DNA of 64,000 nucleotides. Source: a virus. Positions 44,245 through 54,068 of this stretch are shown here, in pieces; the first letter of the stretch is position 1, and every line of letters begins with the position of its first letter. The notes under the pieces were generated by a model. The model saw only the letters and a list, made by a program, of their open reading frames with translations, searched no databases and had not been told where the DNA came from. The translations under genes and the position numbers were made by a program. The stretch covers positions 71,790 to 135,789 of IMG/VR virus record IMGVR_UViG_3300036770_008686. The stretch is one strand, 5' to 3'.

Positions 44245-45153
44245 TTATTTAATTTTAAAATCGGGTAAGAGTATTAAATTATTTTTTTTTCCATCAATAA
44301 GCAATTCTCTTGAAATTGGATTTTCAAAAACAGGTTCATTGAAAATTGAATTATTAGGTAAGCACTTAAAATAAGGTTGTTGGCCTCGTTCAATTGCGTT
44401 TTTGGAAAAAGATTTAAGAAACTCCACAACAGTCAATTGTTCTCCGGACTGCTCAGCTTCTTTCTTTGTTTTGTTCCAAGTTGAAGCAAAAATCCCTCTA
44501 ACAGTTAGTTTTTCGGCACTGCTAGACGCCAATATAAGAGCATCTTCAAAAGCATTTTGACTTAAACAATAATCTATTTCATCATTTTTTAAATCAAAAA
44601 AATTTCTAAAAAAAGTATTTTTATTAATTTCAGGCATTCTTACTTCTAAATTATAAACTCTTAATGGCTCTCCTTTTTTATCAAACCCCTCCTCTATGCC
44701 CCCAGCAGCATGACAAGTATCTATTAAGAGTATTAACCTTTTAACTTTTCCAGCCTTAGAAATAGCTTCAACAGCTTTGCTGAATTTAAAATTACCATTC
44801 CTAGCGGTCATGCTAAAAGACTTTCCAGATCCTCCACCGTGACTATTTACATATATTAAAAGCGTGCCATTTTCACCAACCAAAGATGTGTAATCTCTAA
44901 TTTTGCTATAAATTTCACTAGAAGTTACATTGTGAAATTTATTACAAACAAATCCTAGCTTTTTATCAACAAAAGACTCTTCCATTAATTGAAGGTTTCT
45001 TGTTCTGCCCTGCTCGTCTGTCATTGTGAAAAGAAGAGCATGATTGCTCGACTTAATATCATAAGGAAAACCGGTAAGGTCAACATCATCAGAAAAAACA
45101 AGAGAAGAAATTAAAAAAAAAGTGATTGTAAATAAAAATTTGTGATTCTTCAT
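44245..45153 (-). CDS. secreted caspase/legumain-like (clan CD) cysteine protease
   Basis: signal peptide; LLIYVNSHGG (His) and ILLIDTCHAAG (Cys). Confidence 0.7.
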   Translation of the reverse strand: MKNHKFLFTITFFLISSLVFSDDVDLTGFPYDIKSSNHALLFTMTDEQGRTRNLQLMEESFVDKKLGFVCNKFHNVTSSEIYSKIRDYTSLVGENGTLLIYVNSHGGGSGKSFSMTARNGNFKFSKAVEAISKAGKVKRLILLIDTCHAAGGIEEGFDKKGEPLRVYNLEVRMPEINKNTFFRNFFDLKNDEIDYCLSQNAFEDALILASSSAEKLTVRGIFASTWNKTKKEAEQSGEQLTVVEFLKSFSKNAIERGQQPYFKCLPNNSIFNEPVFENPISRELLIDGKKNNLILLPDFKIK

Positions 45154-45704
45154 GTTTTGTAATTAACCTTTACAGAAGTAATAACTTGTACTTCGACAAT
45201 ATAATCATTTTCATTTTTAAATTCAATCTTATTTAAGTTTAATTCTCCTTGAGAAAATATTTGAGTTTCATTCGCTTTCAAAGTAAAAATAGCAGTATCC
45301 GAAGAATTAAGTCTAACTTTTATGTTGCCATTTCCATTGGAAATTTGAACAAAAGTAGCAAAACCATTTTCTTGTGATTCTATATCCAAAACATTATCTT
45401 CAAAAGAAGAGTCTTGATTTAAAGAAAAAAGATAAGCTTTGGGGGCATTGTTGCTATCAGTATAGTCGCTCCAAACGGAGCCATCATCTTCTATAATTTC
45501 TAAAAATGCAACATCTAGGCTGCATTGAGGAAAGGCATACCTTTTCCAGTAATTCGAATCTTCAAAAATCTCACCATCCTTCAATTGTCTATAAATACGG
45601 TTAGGCCCTGCGACATAGATACTTCTTTGAATACTATTCTCTGAAGGATTTATGTCCAGGAGCCCTTGAGTACCGTTATTTAATCTAACCCTAAATTTGC
45701 TCAT
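45150..45704 (-). CDS. hypothetical protein, SIQRT paralog family with extra C-terminal domain
   Basis: QGLLDI..ENSIQRSIY..LKDGEIFED. Confidence 0.75.
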   Translation of the reverse strand: MSKFRVRLNNGTQGLLDINPSENSIQRSIYVAGPNRIYRQLKDGEIFEDSNYWKRYAFPQCSLDVAFLEIIEDDGSVWSDYTDSNNAPKAYLFSLNQDSSFEDNVLDIESQENGFATFVQISNGNGNIKVRLNSSDTAIFTLKANETQIFSQGELNLNKIEFKNENDYIVEVQVITSVKVNYKT

Positions 45705-45934
45705 CAGTTTTCTATTATAAATTTGTGTCCGCTATTTTCTAAGTCAGCCAAAGTTTGCATAACATCATCAAAAGTAGCTCCGTCTCTAGCTTGAACTATT
45801 TTTCTATCTACTCCGTTGTAGACATCTAGATAAACAGTTCTTTGGATAGAAACTCCATTAACTACCGAAGTATCTAAAGATCCTTCTGTTCCCAAATTCC
45901 TCAAATCAGGTGTCAATTTTACTGTGTAACTCAT
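45704..45934 (-). CDS. hypothetical protein, SIQRT paralog family
   Basis: RBS AAGGAGG; EGSLDTSVVNGVSIQRTV..RDGATFDD. Confidence 0.75.
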   Translation of the reverse strand: MSYTVKLTPDLRNLGTEGSLDTSVVNGVSIQRTVYLDVYNGVDRKIVQARDGATFDDVMQTLADLENSGHKFIIEN

Positions 45935-46013
45935 CTTTACCTCCTTGTGGGTTTTCTTTACCCATAATTATCTATGCATTTAATTTTAAAAATTAATTAA
46001 CTAATATAGTGTG

Positions 46014-46169
46014 GTGGACGAAAAACAAAAAACAGATCAAGCAATAAGTGGAATAAATGAGTTCTTGAAAAACTTTAAAGAAAAAGATAGCTTTACAAAA
46101 ATATTTTTAGAAATAATATTAGAACAATTAAGCAAAAATAAAAAAAAAGAAAATGAAAAAAAATCTTAA
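46014..46169 (+). CDS. 51-aa ORF missing from the ORF track
   Basis: GTG GAC GAA...TAA; overlaps the start of 46153. Confidence 0.4.
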   Translation: MDEKQKTDQAISGINEFLKNFKEKDSFTKIFLEIILEQLSKNKKKENEKKS

Positions 46170-46515
46170 GACATTGTGGCTTTATTTAGCAAAAAGAGAT
46201 AAAAAAGGAATTCAAATATTAGCAAATTTTTTATGCAGGGATTTAAGTCCAATAAGACTTGATGATATAAAAAGATTGGCTTTGCCATTGAGCTGGGAAT
46301 CTAAAATATCAGAATACATACAGCAAAACAAAATAGATTGGGAGCCTTGGATTCAAACAGAAGAAGAATTTGATAATCTAAAAAGGAATTTAAAACTAAG
46401 AGGTTATAGTGACATTCCATCAAATGGACAACCAATGATATCAGTTTATCCTCAATTAGTAATTAATGTAAATAACTTCCCAAAAGAAAAAAGTATGATT
46501 AACAAAAACAAATAA
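46153..46515 (+). CDS. hypothetical protein
   Basis: ORF track, 120 aa. Confidence 0.7.
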   Translation: MKKNLKTLWLYLAKRDKKGIQILANFLCRDLSPIRLDDIKRLALPLSWESKISEYIQQNKIDWEPWIQTEEEFDNLKRNLKLRGYSDIPSNGQPMISVYPQLVINVNNFPKEKSMINKNK

Positions 46516-46516
46516 A

Positions 46517-46810
46517 CTAATAAATATATTTTTTGTTTATATAAAAAGTACCAGAGTTAACTTCAACTAATACCATATTTCCATCTTCTTTGAGAATCTT
46601 ACCTCCACGTTTTAAAAAATCACGGGAGACTTCTTCTAAGCTACCAAAATCCAAAGAAATTTTTTTACTAATTTTAGAGGTATTAGGAAAAACTTTTTGG
46701 TTAACTTTTTTATTAAAACCACCAAAGTCTTCTTTGGTTTTTATCCAACTACTAAACTCGTTTAAAAAATTATCAATTTCCATATTTAATATAATTAAGA
46801 ATGCTTTCAA
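46517..46810 (-). CDS. hypothetical protein
   Basis: ORF track, 97 aa. Confidence 0.6.
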   Translation of the reverse strand: MKAFLIILNMEIDNFLNEFSSWIKTKEDFGGFNKKVNQKVFPNTSKISKKISLDFGSLEEVSRDFLKRGGKILKEDGNMVLVEVNSGTFYINKKYIY

Positions 46811-47606
46811 AATCTATATATTCAGCATTTTTAATTTTTTTCCACCTACAATGATATTTGACGCTTATTTTATTGCGTAGCCAATATAGATATGCATCTA
46901 TTATGTCTATGGCTATGTTTTGTTGTTCGTAACAAAATAAACCGGGCTCAACAGGAACAGAACCAAGTTTATTTTCTTCAAAAACATCATCGCAACAAAG
47001 AAGTAAAACTCTGTTTGCTTTAAATCTGTATGCCAATCCTATACTAGCACAAATTGGATTTCTATAATCATCTATCTGATATAAGTTTTCACTACTCTTA
47101 GTAAAGACAAACTTCTCCTCGCAAACAGGAAAATATCTATAAACAATGCCTCTATAATTTTGTAAAAAAACATAATTAGTCCTATTTGAAGCAATACACC
47201 TAGGGAGGCTTGAGCCACTGGGTAAAAAAGAAATGCATTGATCATATGGGTTATTCACAACATAATAATTTAAAGACTTTTTGCACCTCCACTTTTTTAA
47301 AACACCATTAACCCCTAAAAAGCAAATGTTTTTAGAAGAAACATCTTCGATTAAAGGATAAATTTTTTCTAAATCATAACCGTCTGAAACTATTACAACA
47401 CAATCATATGTAGGGCTTTCAAAGTCTATCCATGGGTATCTTTTTTTATTATTCCAAAATTCATTTTGCATCAATAAAAAATAATCATTTTGTGAAAGCT
47501 TATTATTTATATCCAAATAATAAGAAGAGTTAGTATAATTTCTTATCCAATAATCGCTGCTTTCGGACTTGATGTATTGATTATTTTTTATTTTTTTAAT
47601 TCTCAT
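46773..47606 (-). CDS. degenerate MptE/MAF-flag10-like fold protein
   Basis: VVIVSDGYDL, LGVNGV, YVVNNP, ASIGLAYRFKANRVLLLCCD. Confidence 0.45.
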   Translation of the reverse strand: MRIKKIKNNQYIKSESSDYWIRNYTNSSYYLDINNKLSQNDYFLLMQNEFWNNKKRYPWIDFESPTYDCVVIVSDGYDLEKIYPLIEDVSSKNICFLGVNGVLKKWRCKKSLNYYVVNNPYDQCISFLPSGSSLPRCIASNRTNYVFLQNYRGIVYRYFPVCEEKFVFTKSSENLYQIDDYRNPICASIGLAYRFKANRVLLLCCDDVFEENKLGSVPVEPGLFCYEQQNIAIDIIDAYLYWLRNKISVKYHCRWKKIKNAEYIDFESILNYIKYGN

Positions 47607-47627
47607 AGATTTGACCAAAAGTTTTAT

Positions 47628-49844
47628 TTATTGACAAGGCACTATACTAACACAATTTGTTTTATTGCCGTCACCATTTAACTTAGTTAAATCTAATTCA
47701 ACTTTAACATCAATAGGAGAGCCTTTATAAACAAGCTCAATTTCCGGATTTTCGGGCATGAGTAATTGAATTACAGATGGAATATATCCTTGAAGTTGTA
47801 TAACAGATGGTACTCCAACAACTTGTATTTCTTTTGGAACGCCCGAAGCATTAAGTAGTATTTCTCTAGGAAAATCTTCTTGAACTTTGAGTGGAATAAA
47901 CTCAGGTATATCATAATTTTTGAGTTGAATAACCTCTGGTATTTTTGATTCAACAAATATTGAACTTGGAATAAAAGAATCATTAACAATTTTAATCTCT
48001 GATGGTAAGCTAAAATCTTTTGTAATCTTTATTTCTGATATACCTTCTATTTTATCTATTTTTATAGAAGAAGGTATATTATCAACATTGATTTTCAATT
48101 TAGGAAAAACGGGTGTATCCACTTTAATAACAGAAGGAATTCCCAAACTAGCTACATCGACTTCAACATAGTCCTGATTGTATAGACTTGCCTGAGAAGA
48201 ATTTGACCTAGCACCAGATGGAGAACTACCGCACTCAACCGTTACTATACAGGATAGCTGCGGTGGGCCGCCATTAGCTTGCCAATCTACGGTTATTACA
48301 GAAGTAATATCTCCCTCTATTCTTATGATTGAAGGAATTGCAGGTGTAAGCTGTATTACAGGGGGGATGGACCCAGTCAAATTAACATTAACATCAACAG
48401 GTCCTATAGTAGGAGTATTCCATTGTATTGGACTTATATTTATAAAACTAGGTATATTGCTATTAATAAAACTTGGTATAACAATACTAGGTATGTCTAT
48501 CCTAGATGGTATATTGATGAGCGGAGAGTCAACTTTTATGTAAGTAGGAAGATTAAATGGTTGATCTATTTTAACATAAGTTGGTATGTTGACCGGGTCA
48601 ATACTAATTCTAGTAGGAACATTAATAAATGTAGGAATTCCAGTTAAATCAGGAGCTAAAATTTCTATCCTACTGGGTATATTAATTGGTGATATGCTAA
48701 TAAAAGTCGGAATAGGAGGATTAGGTTGTAATATTTGAATAACAGAAGGCAGTTCTATTCTACTAGGTATATTAATAGGAGTAATTGTTATAAACGTAGG
48801 TATGCTAACAGCACTTGGTGATATTGTTATTCTAGTAGGTATGGTGATCGGACTAATAGATATTAAAGTTGGTATATTTAAAGGAGGAACTATTTCTATT
48901 ATTGAAGGTATAGAAACATTTCCTATTGGGCTTGCATCTAAGCAAGGAAATACTATAGGAGGTATATTATACCTATTTTCCAATTGAACAAATGGAGTTA
49001 TCACAATAGGAGGTATAACAGGAGGAGGAGGAAGAGGTATTTCTATTACACCATCTCCTGTATCTTGTCTCGTTGGTTGTAAAGAATTGTCTCTAGCAGT
49101 AGGCGTGACAACAATTGAGCAAAAAGAATTCGATACGGTCAGGACTGGATCTATATTTGCATTTACAGAATAAGTATGAGTTCCTTCTAAGAGAAAATTG
49201 TTTGTAACACCATCTCCGAAATCCAAAACAAAATTAGTATCTAAAGATGAATTTTCAATACTTATACTGTATTCTGCGACTATGCCGGTTGCATTATTTT
49301 GAGAAACAATATTGAAAATAAAACTAACATCAGGACAGGAATGATCGTCAAATATAATAGGAGTTTCGGCTAAGTTTCTTATTTTCCAATCTAATGTTTT
49401 TTGATCTTCGGTAAAATTACTGCCTATAAATTTTTCAGTTTTTATAATAGCATCCACAAGTTGATTGTGGTGCTCGGCAACAACAAAGCCTCTTACTTTA
49501 GTGCCACGTGTATTGAACTTGGTTTTAGATCCACCCAAATTTCTAATACAGCCTTTAAACTTAGTTACAAGATACACACCATCAGATAGTTCAGCATCTG
49601 GGGTTAAATCTAGGGTGAAGTAAGACCTTTCCACAGAATTATAATAAAAAAGTTCTCCATCTATACTAGCGTAGCCGCTATCCGACCAGACTTCATGATT
49701 AAATAAAGGTTTTACACTTATCTCTTCAGACCAAGCAGGACAATCTTCAGAAAGTATTGATTCTGAAGTGTTGTAGACCAAAAACAAAGTTTCATCATTA
49801 TCATATCTTTTAGGATATAGAGGTGTCGGTGGTGGCTTGCTCAT
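47628..49844 (-). CDS. virion protein: shared N-terminal domain, PKD-like segment, long IP(S/T)xI repeat region
   Basis: YP..YD..ETL; AEHHNQLVDAII; LDFGDG..GTHTY; more than 20 IP-x-x-I repeats. Confidence 0.75.
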   Translation of the reverse strand: MSKPPPTPLYPKRYDNDETLFLVYNTSESILSEDCPAWSEEISVKPLFNHEVWSDSGYASIDGELFYYNSVERSYFTLDLTPDAELSDGVYLVTKFKGCIRNLGGSKTKFNTRGTKVRGFVVAEHHNQLVDAIIKTEKFIGSNFTEDQKTLDWKIRNLAETPIIFDDHSCPDVSFIFNIVSQNNATGIVAEYSISIENSSLDTNFVLDFGDGVTNNFLLEGTHTYSVNANIDPVLTVSNSFCSIVVTPTARDNSLQPTRQDTGDGVIEIPLPPPPVIPPIVITPFVQLENRYNIPPIVFPCLDASPIGNVSIPSIIEIVPPLNIPTLISISPITIPTRITISPSAVSIPTFITITPINIPSRIELPSVIQILQPNPPIPTFISISPINIPSRIEILAPDLTGIPTFINVPTRISIDPVNIPTYVKIDQPFNLPTYIKVDSPLINIPSRIDIPSIVIPSFINSNIPSFINISPIQWNTPTIGPVDVNVNLTGSIPPVIQLTPAIPSIIRIEGDITSVITVDWQANGGPPQLSCIVTVECGSSPSGARSNSSQASLYNQDYVEVDVASLGIPSVIKVDTPVFPKLKINVDNIPSSIKIDKIEGISEIKITKDFSLPSEIKIVNDSFIPSSIFVESKIPEVIQLKNYDIPEFIPLKVQEDFPREILLNASGVPKEIQVVGVPSVIQLQGYIPSVIQLLMPENPEIELVYKGSPIDVKVELDLTKLNGDGNKTNCVSIVPCQ

Positions 49845-49853
49845 TTTTTTCCT

Positions 49854-52169
49854 TTAATAAAATCTTAATTGCCATTGGTTGCCCTGCGGCCTGTTTCCTA
49901 TGTATTTAAACGTTAGATCAACATTACTAAATTTTATAAAACTTTTATCGCTATAATCATAACTCAAGTAAACAATTTGATCATTATCACTTGAAGCCAA
50001 TAAAGATTGATTATAATTATCAAAATAATCTTTGTTCACATCTTGAAGAAATCTAAACTCACTAGAGTTTGTTCCTGGGCCGCCTGAGGCCCACGTATTG
50101 GACGAGGTGTTATAAACAGATATAGAACCTGTATTATTGAACATAAATATTCCATCTGAGAGACTAACTAACTCGCCTTCAGATTTTATTGGTCCGCTCA
50201 AATCAGAAAGTTTTCTAAGGGATAGTAGTTCATTAGCATTTGTCCCTGCTGTTTTATAAAAGGGTCTGAACCTAAAGTAGAGGCCCTGGCCTTCATTTCT
50301 AACTAAATAGCCAGTTCCGTCCTTCCAAACACTTCTTTGGCTAGAATAGTAGTCTCTATTGTTAATCAAATCACCAAAAATATCTGTAGCGTTCCAGTCA
50401 ACCGATTGATCATCGCAACTCAATGATATTAGATCTTCAGTTTTCCAACCTTCGCATATCGTATTTACTTTTAGCTCCTCAGCACCGCCAAAATATTGAC
50501 TATCAGCCAATTGGTAATCATTTCTAGTAAGACTTCTAAGAGATAATCTATTAATTGCCAAATTTGTTGAAAATCCATAATTAATATCTTTGCCAAAGCA
50601 AAAATACAAATTGTAGTCAGTTCCAAAATCTATCCAATTCCAAGGTCTATTTATATAAGAATTGCCGTTAATAGAAGTGCTAGAATATACCTGGGTAAAT
50701 CCTACAAAATTTTTGATATGAATCTTTTCATTCAATATATCGCTAGAGTGACTTCCAGATCTGCCGCTAGCCCAATAGATCAAAGATTCTCCCAAATCCC
50801 CAGAAGAAACATTATTTCTTTTTGCTAAACCATTATTTCTATTAAACTCTCTAAGCTGTCTACAGTTTTCTTCAAAAAAGTATTGATTTAAATTACAATT
50901 ATTTCTAATAAAGACATCATTAATTTTTTCTATGCTTTGAGAAGAAAGAGTTTTAAATGTTTCGCTAATAAGACCAAATTCATAATTTGTTATAGAATTT
51001 TTATCATTATTAATTGTCCAAAACCATAAATTAGTTTTTTCAACTATATCCAATAAATTTTCAAAAACAGTTATCCTAAAGCTATCAAACTTCGTATCAA
51101 TTCGCAAACCGACATCATAAATTCCACCAACACTAAAGCTACATTTTGTAGAATTATTATTAAAATGATTCAAGTCATCAACTATACTCCATGTATAATT
51201 TGTAACAAAATCATTTTCTTCGAAAACACCGTCATTAAAAACTTCAACTTCTATTACGTTTCCTACTGGACGTCTAACAGAACCATTTAAGGTAAATTGA
51301 TATATGGGATCTTCTACAACAATTATTTCCGCCTCTCCAGGTGCTTTACCCTTAATACTAATCATATTTTCAAAAACAAGAAAATCACTTCCAAACTCGT
51401 TTTCTAAACTTAGACCAACAGTGTAATTTCCAGGTTGTTGGTATGTGTATTTGATCTCTCTTGTCTCCGAATCAAGTTTTTCATAAGACAATACACTATC
51501 CGAGCTTTTCGGAGTATAATCGCTACCATTTTTCTGCAGATCAAAATACCAAATATATTTTGTTTTTTTGTCTAAATTATCGGTTCCAAAACTAAAACTT
51601 AAATCATTGAAAATTATTTCAGAAGGATAGTGTGCCAGTGTTTTGTTTGCTGAAAACCAGGCTCTTGGGCCCAAAACAACTTTTCTTAAATAATTTATTC
51701 TCTCTTCAACTGTTCCTTTATAAGGAACAGTTCCTACTTGGCCCTCTATTCCTGCAAATTTTTGAATATTAATAACTGCATCTTTTATGCTATTGTGGTG
51801 TTGAGCTATTACATTTTGACAAACACTAGTTACGTTTTTATACTTTTTAACGTCATTGAAATTATCTAAAATCTCCACATCATCAAAATACCAAGGGTTT
51901 GTAATATCTAGTAAATCATTGGTTGTTCTAGATGAGTATCTAAAACTTATAGATCTATTAAAAATATCATCGCATTGGTCTGTGAGAGTTATGACGCCGC
52001 CGCCTTCAGCGGCACTAGGAAAAGAACTCATAACACTCTTGTTGCCCGTAACATATATTCTGGTGTCGCCGGGACTATAGTCCTCGGCTAGTTTTAGTCG
52101 CAAGTAATCATGGACTAAATACAAATTTTGATTGTCATCGAATTTATTTGGATAATTGCTTAAACTCAT
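49854..52169 (-). CDS. virion protein with PKD domains
   Basis: YPNKFDD..AQHHNSIKDAV; YIWYF..YTYQQPGNYTVGLSLEN. Confidence 0.8.
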   Translation of the reverse strand: MSLSNYPNKFDDNQNLYLVHDYLRLKLAEDYSPGDTRIYVTGNKSVMSSFPSAAEGGGVITLTDQCDDIFNRSISFRYSSRTTNDLLDITNPWYFDDVEILDNFNDVKKYKNVTSVCQNVIAQHHNSIKDAVINIQKFAGIEGQVGTVPYKGTVEERINYLRKVVLGPRAWFSANKTLAHYPSEIIFNDLSFSFGTDNLDKKTKYIWYFDLQKNGSDYTPKSSDSVLSYEKLDSETREIKYTYQQPGNYTVGLSLENEFGSDFLVFENMISIKGKAPGEAEIIVVEDPIYQFTLNGSVRRPVGNVIEVEVFNDGVFEENDFVTNYTWSIVDDLNHFNNNSTKCSFSVGGIYDVGLRIDTKFDSFRITVFENLLDIVEKTNLWFWTINNDKNSITNYEFGLISETFKTLSSQSIEKINDVFIRNNCNLNQYFFEENCRQLREFNRNNGLAKRNNVSSGDLGESLIYWASGRSGSHSSDILNEKIHIKNFVGFTQVYSSTSINGNSYINRPWNWIDFGTDYNLYFCFGKDINYGFSTNLAINRLSLRSLTRNDYQLADSQYFGGAEELKVNTICEGWKTEDLISLSCDDQSVDWNATDIFGDLINNRDYYSSQRSVWKDGTGYLVRNEGQGLYFRFRPFYKTAGTNANELLSLRKLSDLSGPIKSEGELVSLSDGIFMFNNTGSISVYNTSSNTWASGGPGTNSSEFRFLQDVNKDYFDNYNQSLLASSDNDQIVYLSYDYSDKSFIKFSNVDLTFKYIGNRPQGNQWQLRFY

Positions 52170-53416
52170 TTAATATTAATAGATTCTCTTAAAAAGTACT
52201 TTTTTAATAACTGGCTTTTAAACAAAATAAATATACTAGGAGAAAAAGATTGCTCTCTGGTATATATGAAGTGCAATACATGATTATTAGGGTTTAATTC
52301 AGTATATTGTGTTATCTCATCTTCAACAAAAAAACCAACTTTAGGAGAAACAAAAAGATCATTGACTTTTTCTATTTTAATTTCTAAATTATTATCGACC
52401 CGTCTAATCTCTTTAATTTCCTTAACTATGTTCTTTTGGCTTCCTGTAAGGATGCATTTATGTTCACTGGTAATTTCCTCTAAAACTTTTCTGCTTATAA
52501 CCAAAACAGAGTACTCAGAGTTTTCATTATTTATTGAAAAATCATAAAGTTTTTTAACCAAAAAACCTTCTGAACCGAAATTCCAAATCCTTTCTTTAAC
52601 ATCTCCATCAGTTTGATCTACAAACTCAAAGAGAGTAGTATCCGGGCCGTACTTGTTGCCAGCCATCGGATTGACATAAAAAAAAGAAGGTTTTTCATCA
52701 TCGGAAACTGTTATGTAGTTGCTCTTAGTGGCTATTCCTTGGCCTCCCAAAGAGCCTACAACATTAAGTTCGACTGTGTACGAGCCTTCTTGATAATAAG
52801 TATGTATTGGATTCTTTTCGGAAGAAGTGTTTCCGTCTCCAAAGTCCCAAAAATACTTAACTATAGGACCAGTACTAAAGCTTTGAAATTTAACAGTCAG
52901 AGGAGTGCTGCCCTTTAAGGGATATGCTCTAAATATTGGTCTAGTTATTAAGAATCTATTTTCCTGACTTTTAAGAATTCCGTTTAAAGAATTATCGTCG
53001 GGGTTATCCTTCAATCCTAAGTTGACTTCAAGCTTTATAACAGCATCTTTAATGCTATTGTGATGTTCTGCACTTACCGCATTGCTAACTGTGCTGTTTA
53101 TGTTCCAAGGAGATCTCAAAGAACCAGCAAAGCCTCTTATCAAACCTTTAAAAGTATTAGAAGTTTTACTTGTATAATAAATTAGTTCTCCGTTTTTTGA
53201 ATCAAATTTATTGGAAACCTTAATAACGCCCTTTTCTGGAAAACCTTCGGTAGATTCAACTACCATGTTCAAGGCAATATAAGACAAGCTCTGTTTTAAG
53301 CTTGTAACAGAATTATTAGAAGCTTCATACAAAGTTTCTTTGTTATCTATAGCTTCGGGATAAATTGATAGATCACCTGTTTGATATCCATCTTGTAGGG
53401 TGTGAATTTTAGCCAT
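52166..53416 (-). CDS. virion protein with PKD domain
   Basis: AEHHNSIKDAV; PLTVKF..YFWDFGDG..SEKNPIHTY..GSYTVEL. Confidence 0.85.
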   Translation of the reverse strand: MAKIHTLQDGYQTGDLSIYPEAIDNKETLYEASNNSVTSLKQSLSYIALNMVVESTEGFPEKGVIKVSNKFDSKNGELIYYTSKTSNTFKGLIRGFAGSLRSPWNINSTVSNAVSAEHHNSIKDAVIKLEVNLGLKDNPDDNSLNGILKSQENRFLITRPIFRAYPLKGSTPLTVKFQSFSTGPIVKYFWDFGDGNTSSEKNPIHTYYQEGSYTVELNVVGSLGGQGIATKSNYITVSDDEKPSFFYVNPMAGNKYGPDTTLFEFVDQTDGDVKERIWNFGSEGFLVKKLYDFSINNENSEYSVLVISRKVLEEITSEHKCILTGSQKNIVKEIKEIRRVDNNLEIKIEKVNDLFVSPKVGFFVEDEITQYTELNPNNHVLHFIYTREQSFSPSIFILFKSQLLKKYFLRESINIK

Positions 53417-54056
53417 TTTGTTTTATTTTTTTCATATTTTCAGTCATTGAATTTATTTTTTTAAGCATAAAGTTTTTAATAGGCACATCATCCGGTAGTG
53501 CCAAGATAGTTTCGACCAACTCTGCGTCGATGTTATTATTTAGTATCAATTTTAAGTTTATTTTTTCTAAAAGTTTAGTACCCCAATAATTCTTTTGAGC
53601 ATCTATATCATCAAAGTGTTTTAATGGCTCTAAAGAGCTTATGTTTGTAAAAGTTCTTATAAAAAATTCACACTCTTCTTCTATATCCTTCTTTTTTCTT
53701 GTTAAATCTTTCAAAGATTTTTCTATAGAAAAAATTTTTCTTTTAACTTTATTTTTAGCAATTGAAAGTCTTTTGCTTTCAATTTCGCACAAAGACCCAT
53801 CATTTTCTTTGTTCTCTATTTCTAGTATTCTTAATTTTTCTAGCTCTATATCATCATTAAATTCTTGCATTTGAATATCTATATTTTCTAAATTATCTTT
53901 TCTAGATTGAAGCTCTCTTAAACATTGCCACATTTTGGCTTGGTTTGTGGGCTCCTTTCCTATTAAAAAATATTGTAATTGAAAATAACTATGCCTATTA
54001 ACAACTTCCAAATTTAATGGCAATGTTTCATCTATTTTTTTTATTAGTTCTGACAT
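53409..54056 (-). CDS. coiled-coil hypothetical protein in the structural module
   Basis: RHSYFQLQYF..KMWQCLREL; heptad-like middle. Confidence 0.7.
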   Translation of the reverse strand: MSELIKKIDETLPLNLEVVNRHSYFQLQYFLIGKEPTNQAKMWQCLRELQSRKDNLENIDIQMQEFNDDIELEKLRILEIENKENDGSLCEIESKRLSIAKNKVKRKIFSIEKSLKDLTRKKKDIEEECEFFIRTFTNISSLEPLKHFDDIDAQKNYWGTKLLEKINLKLILNNNIDAELVETILALPDDVPIKNFMLKKINSMTENMKKIKQNG

Positions 54057-54068
54057 TTTTTTCCTTTT

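Noticed and set aside
15360-46830. TATATA/ATAAATA late-promoter-like words before some genes
   Set aside because: Too common in AT-rich DNA to call without a computed enrichment or TSS data
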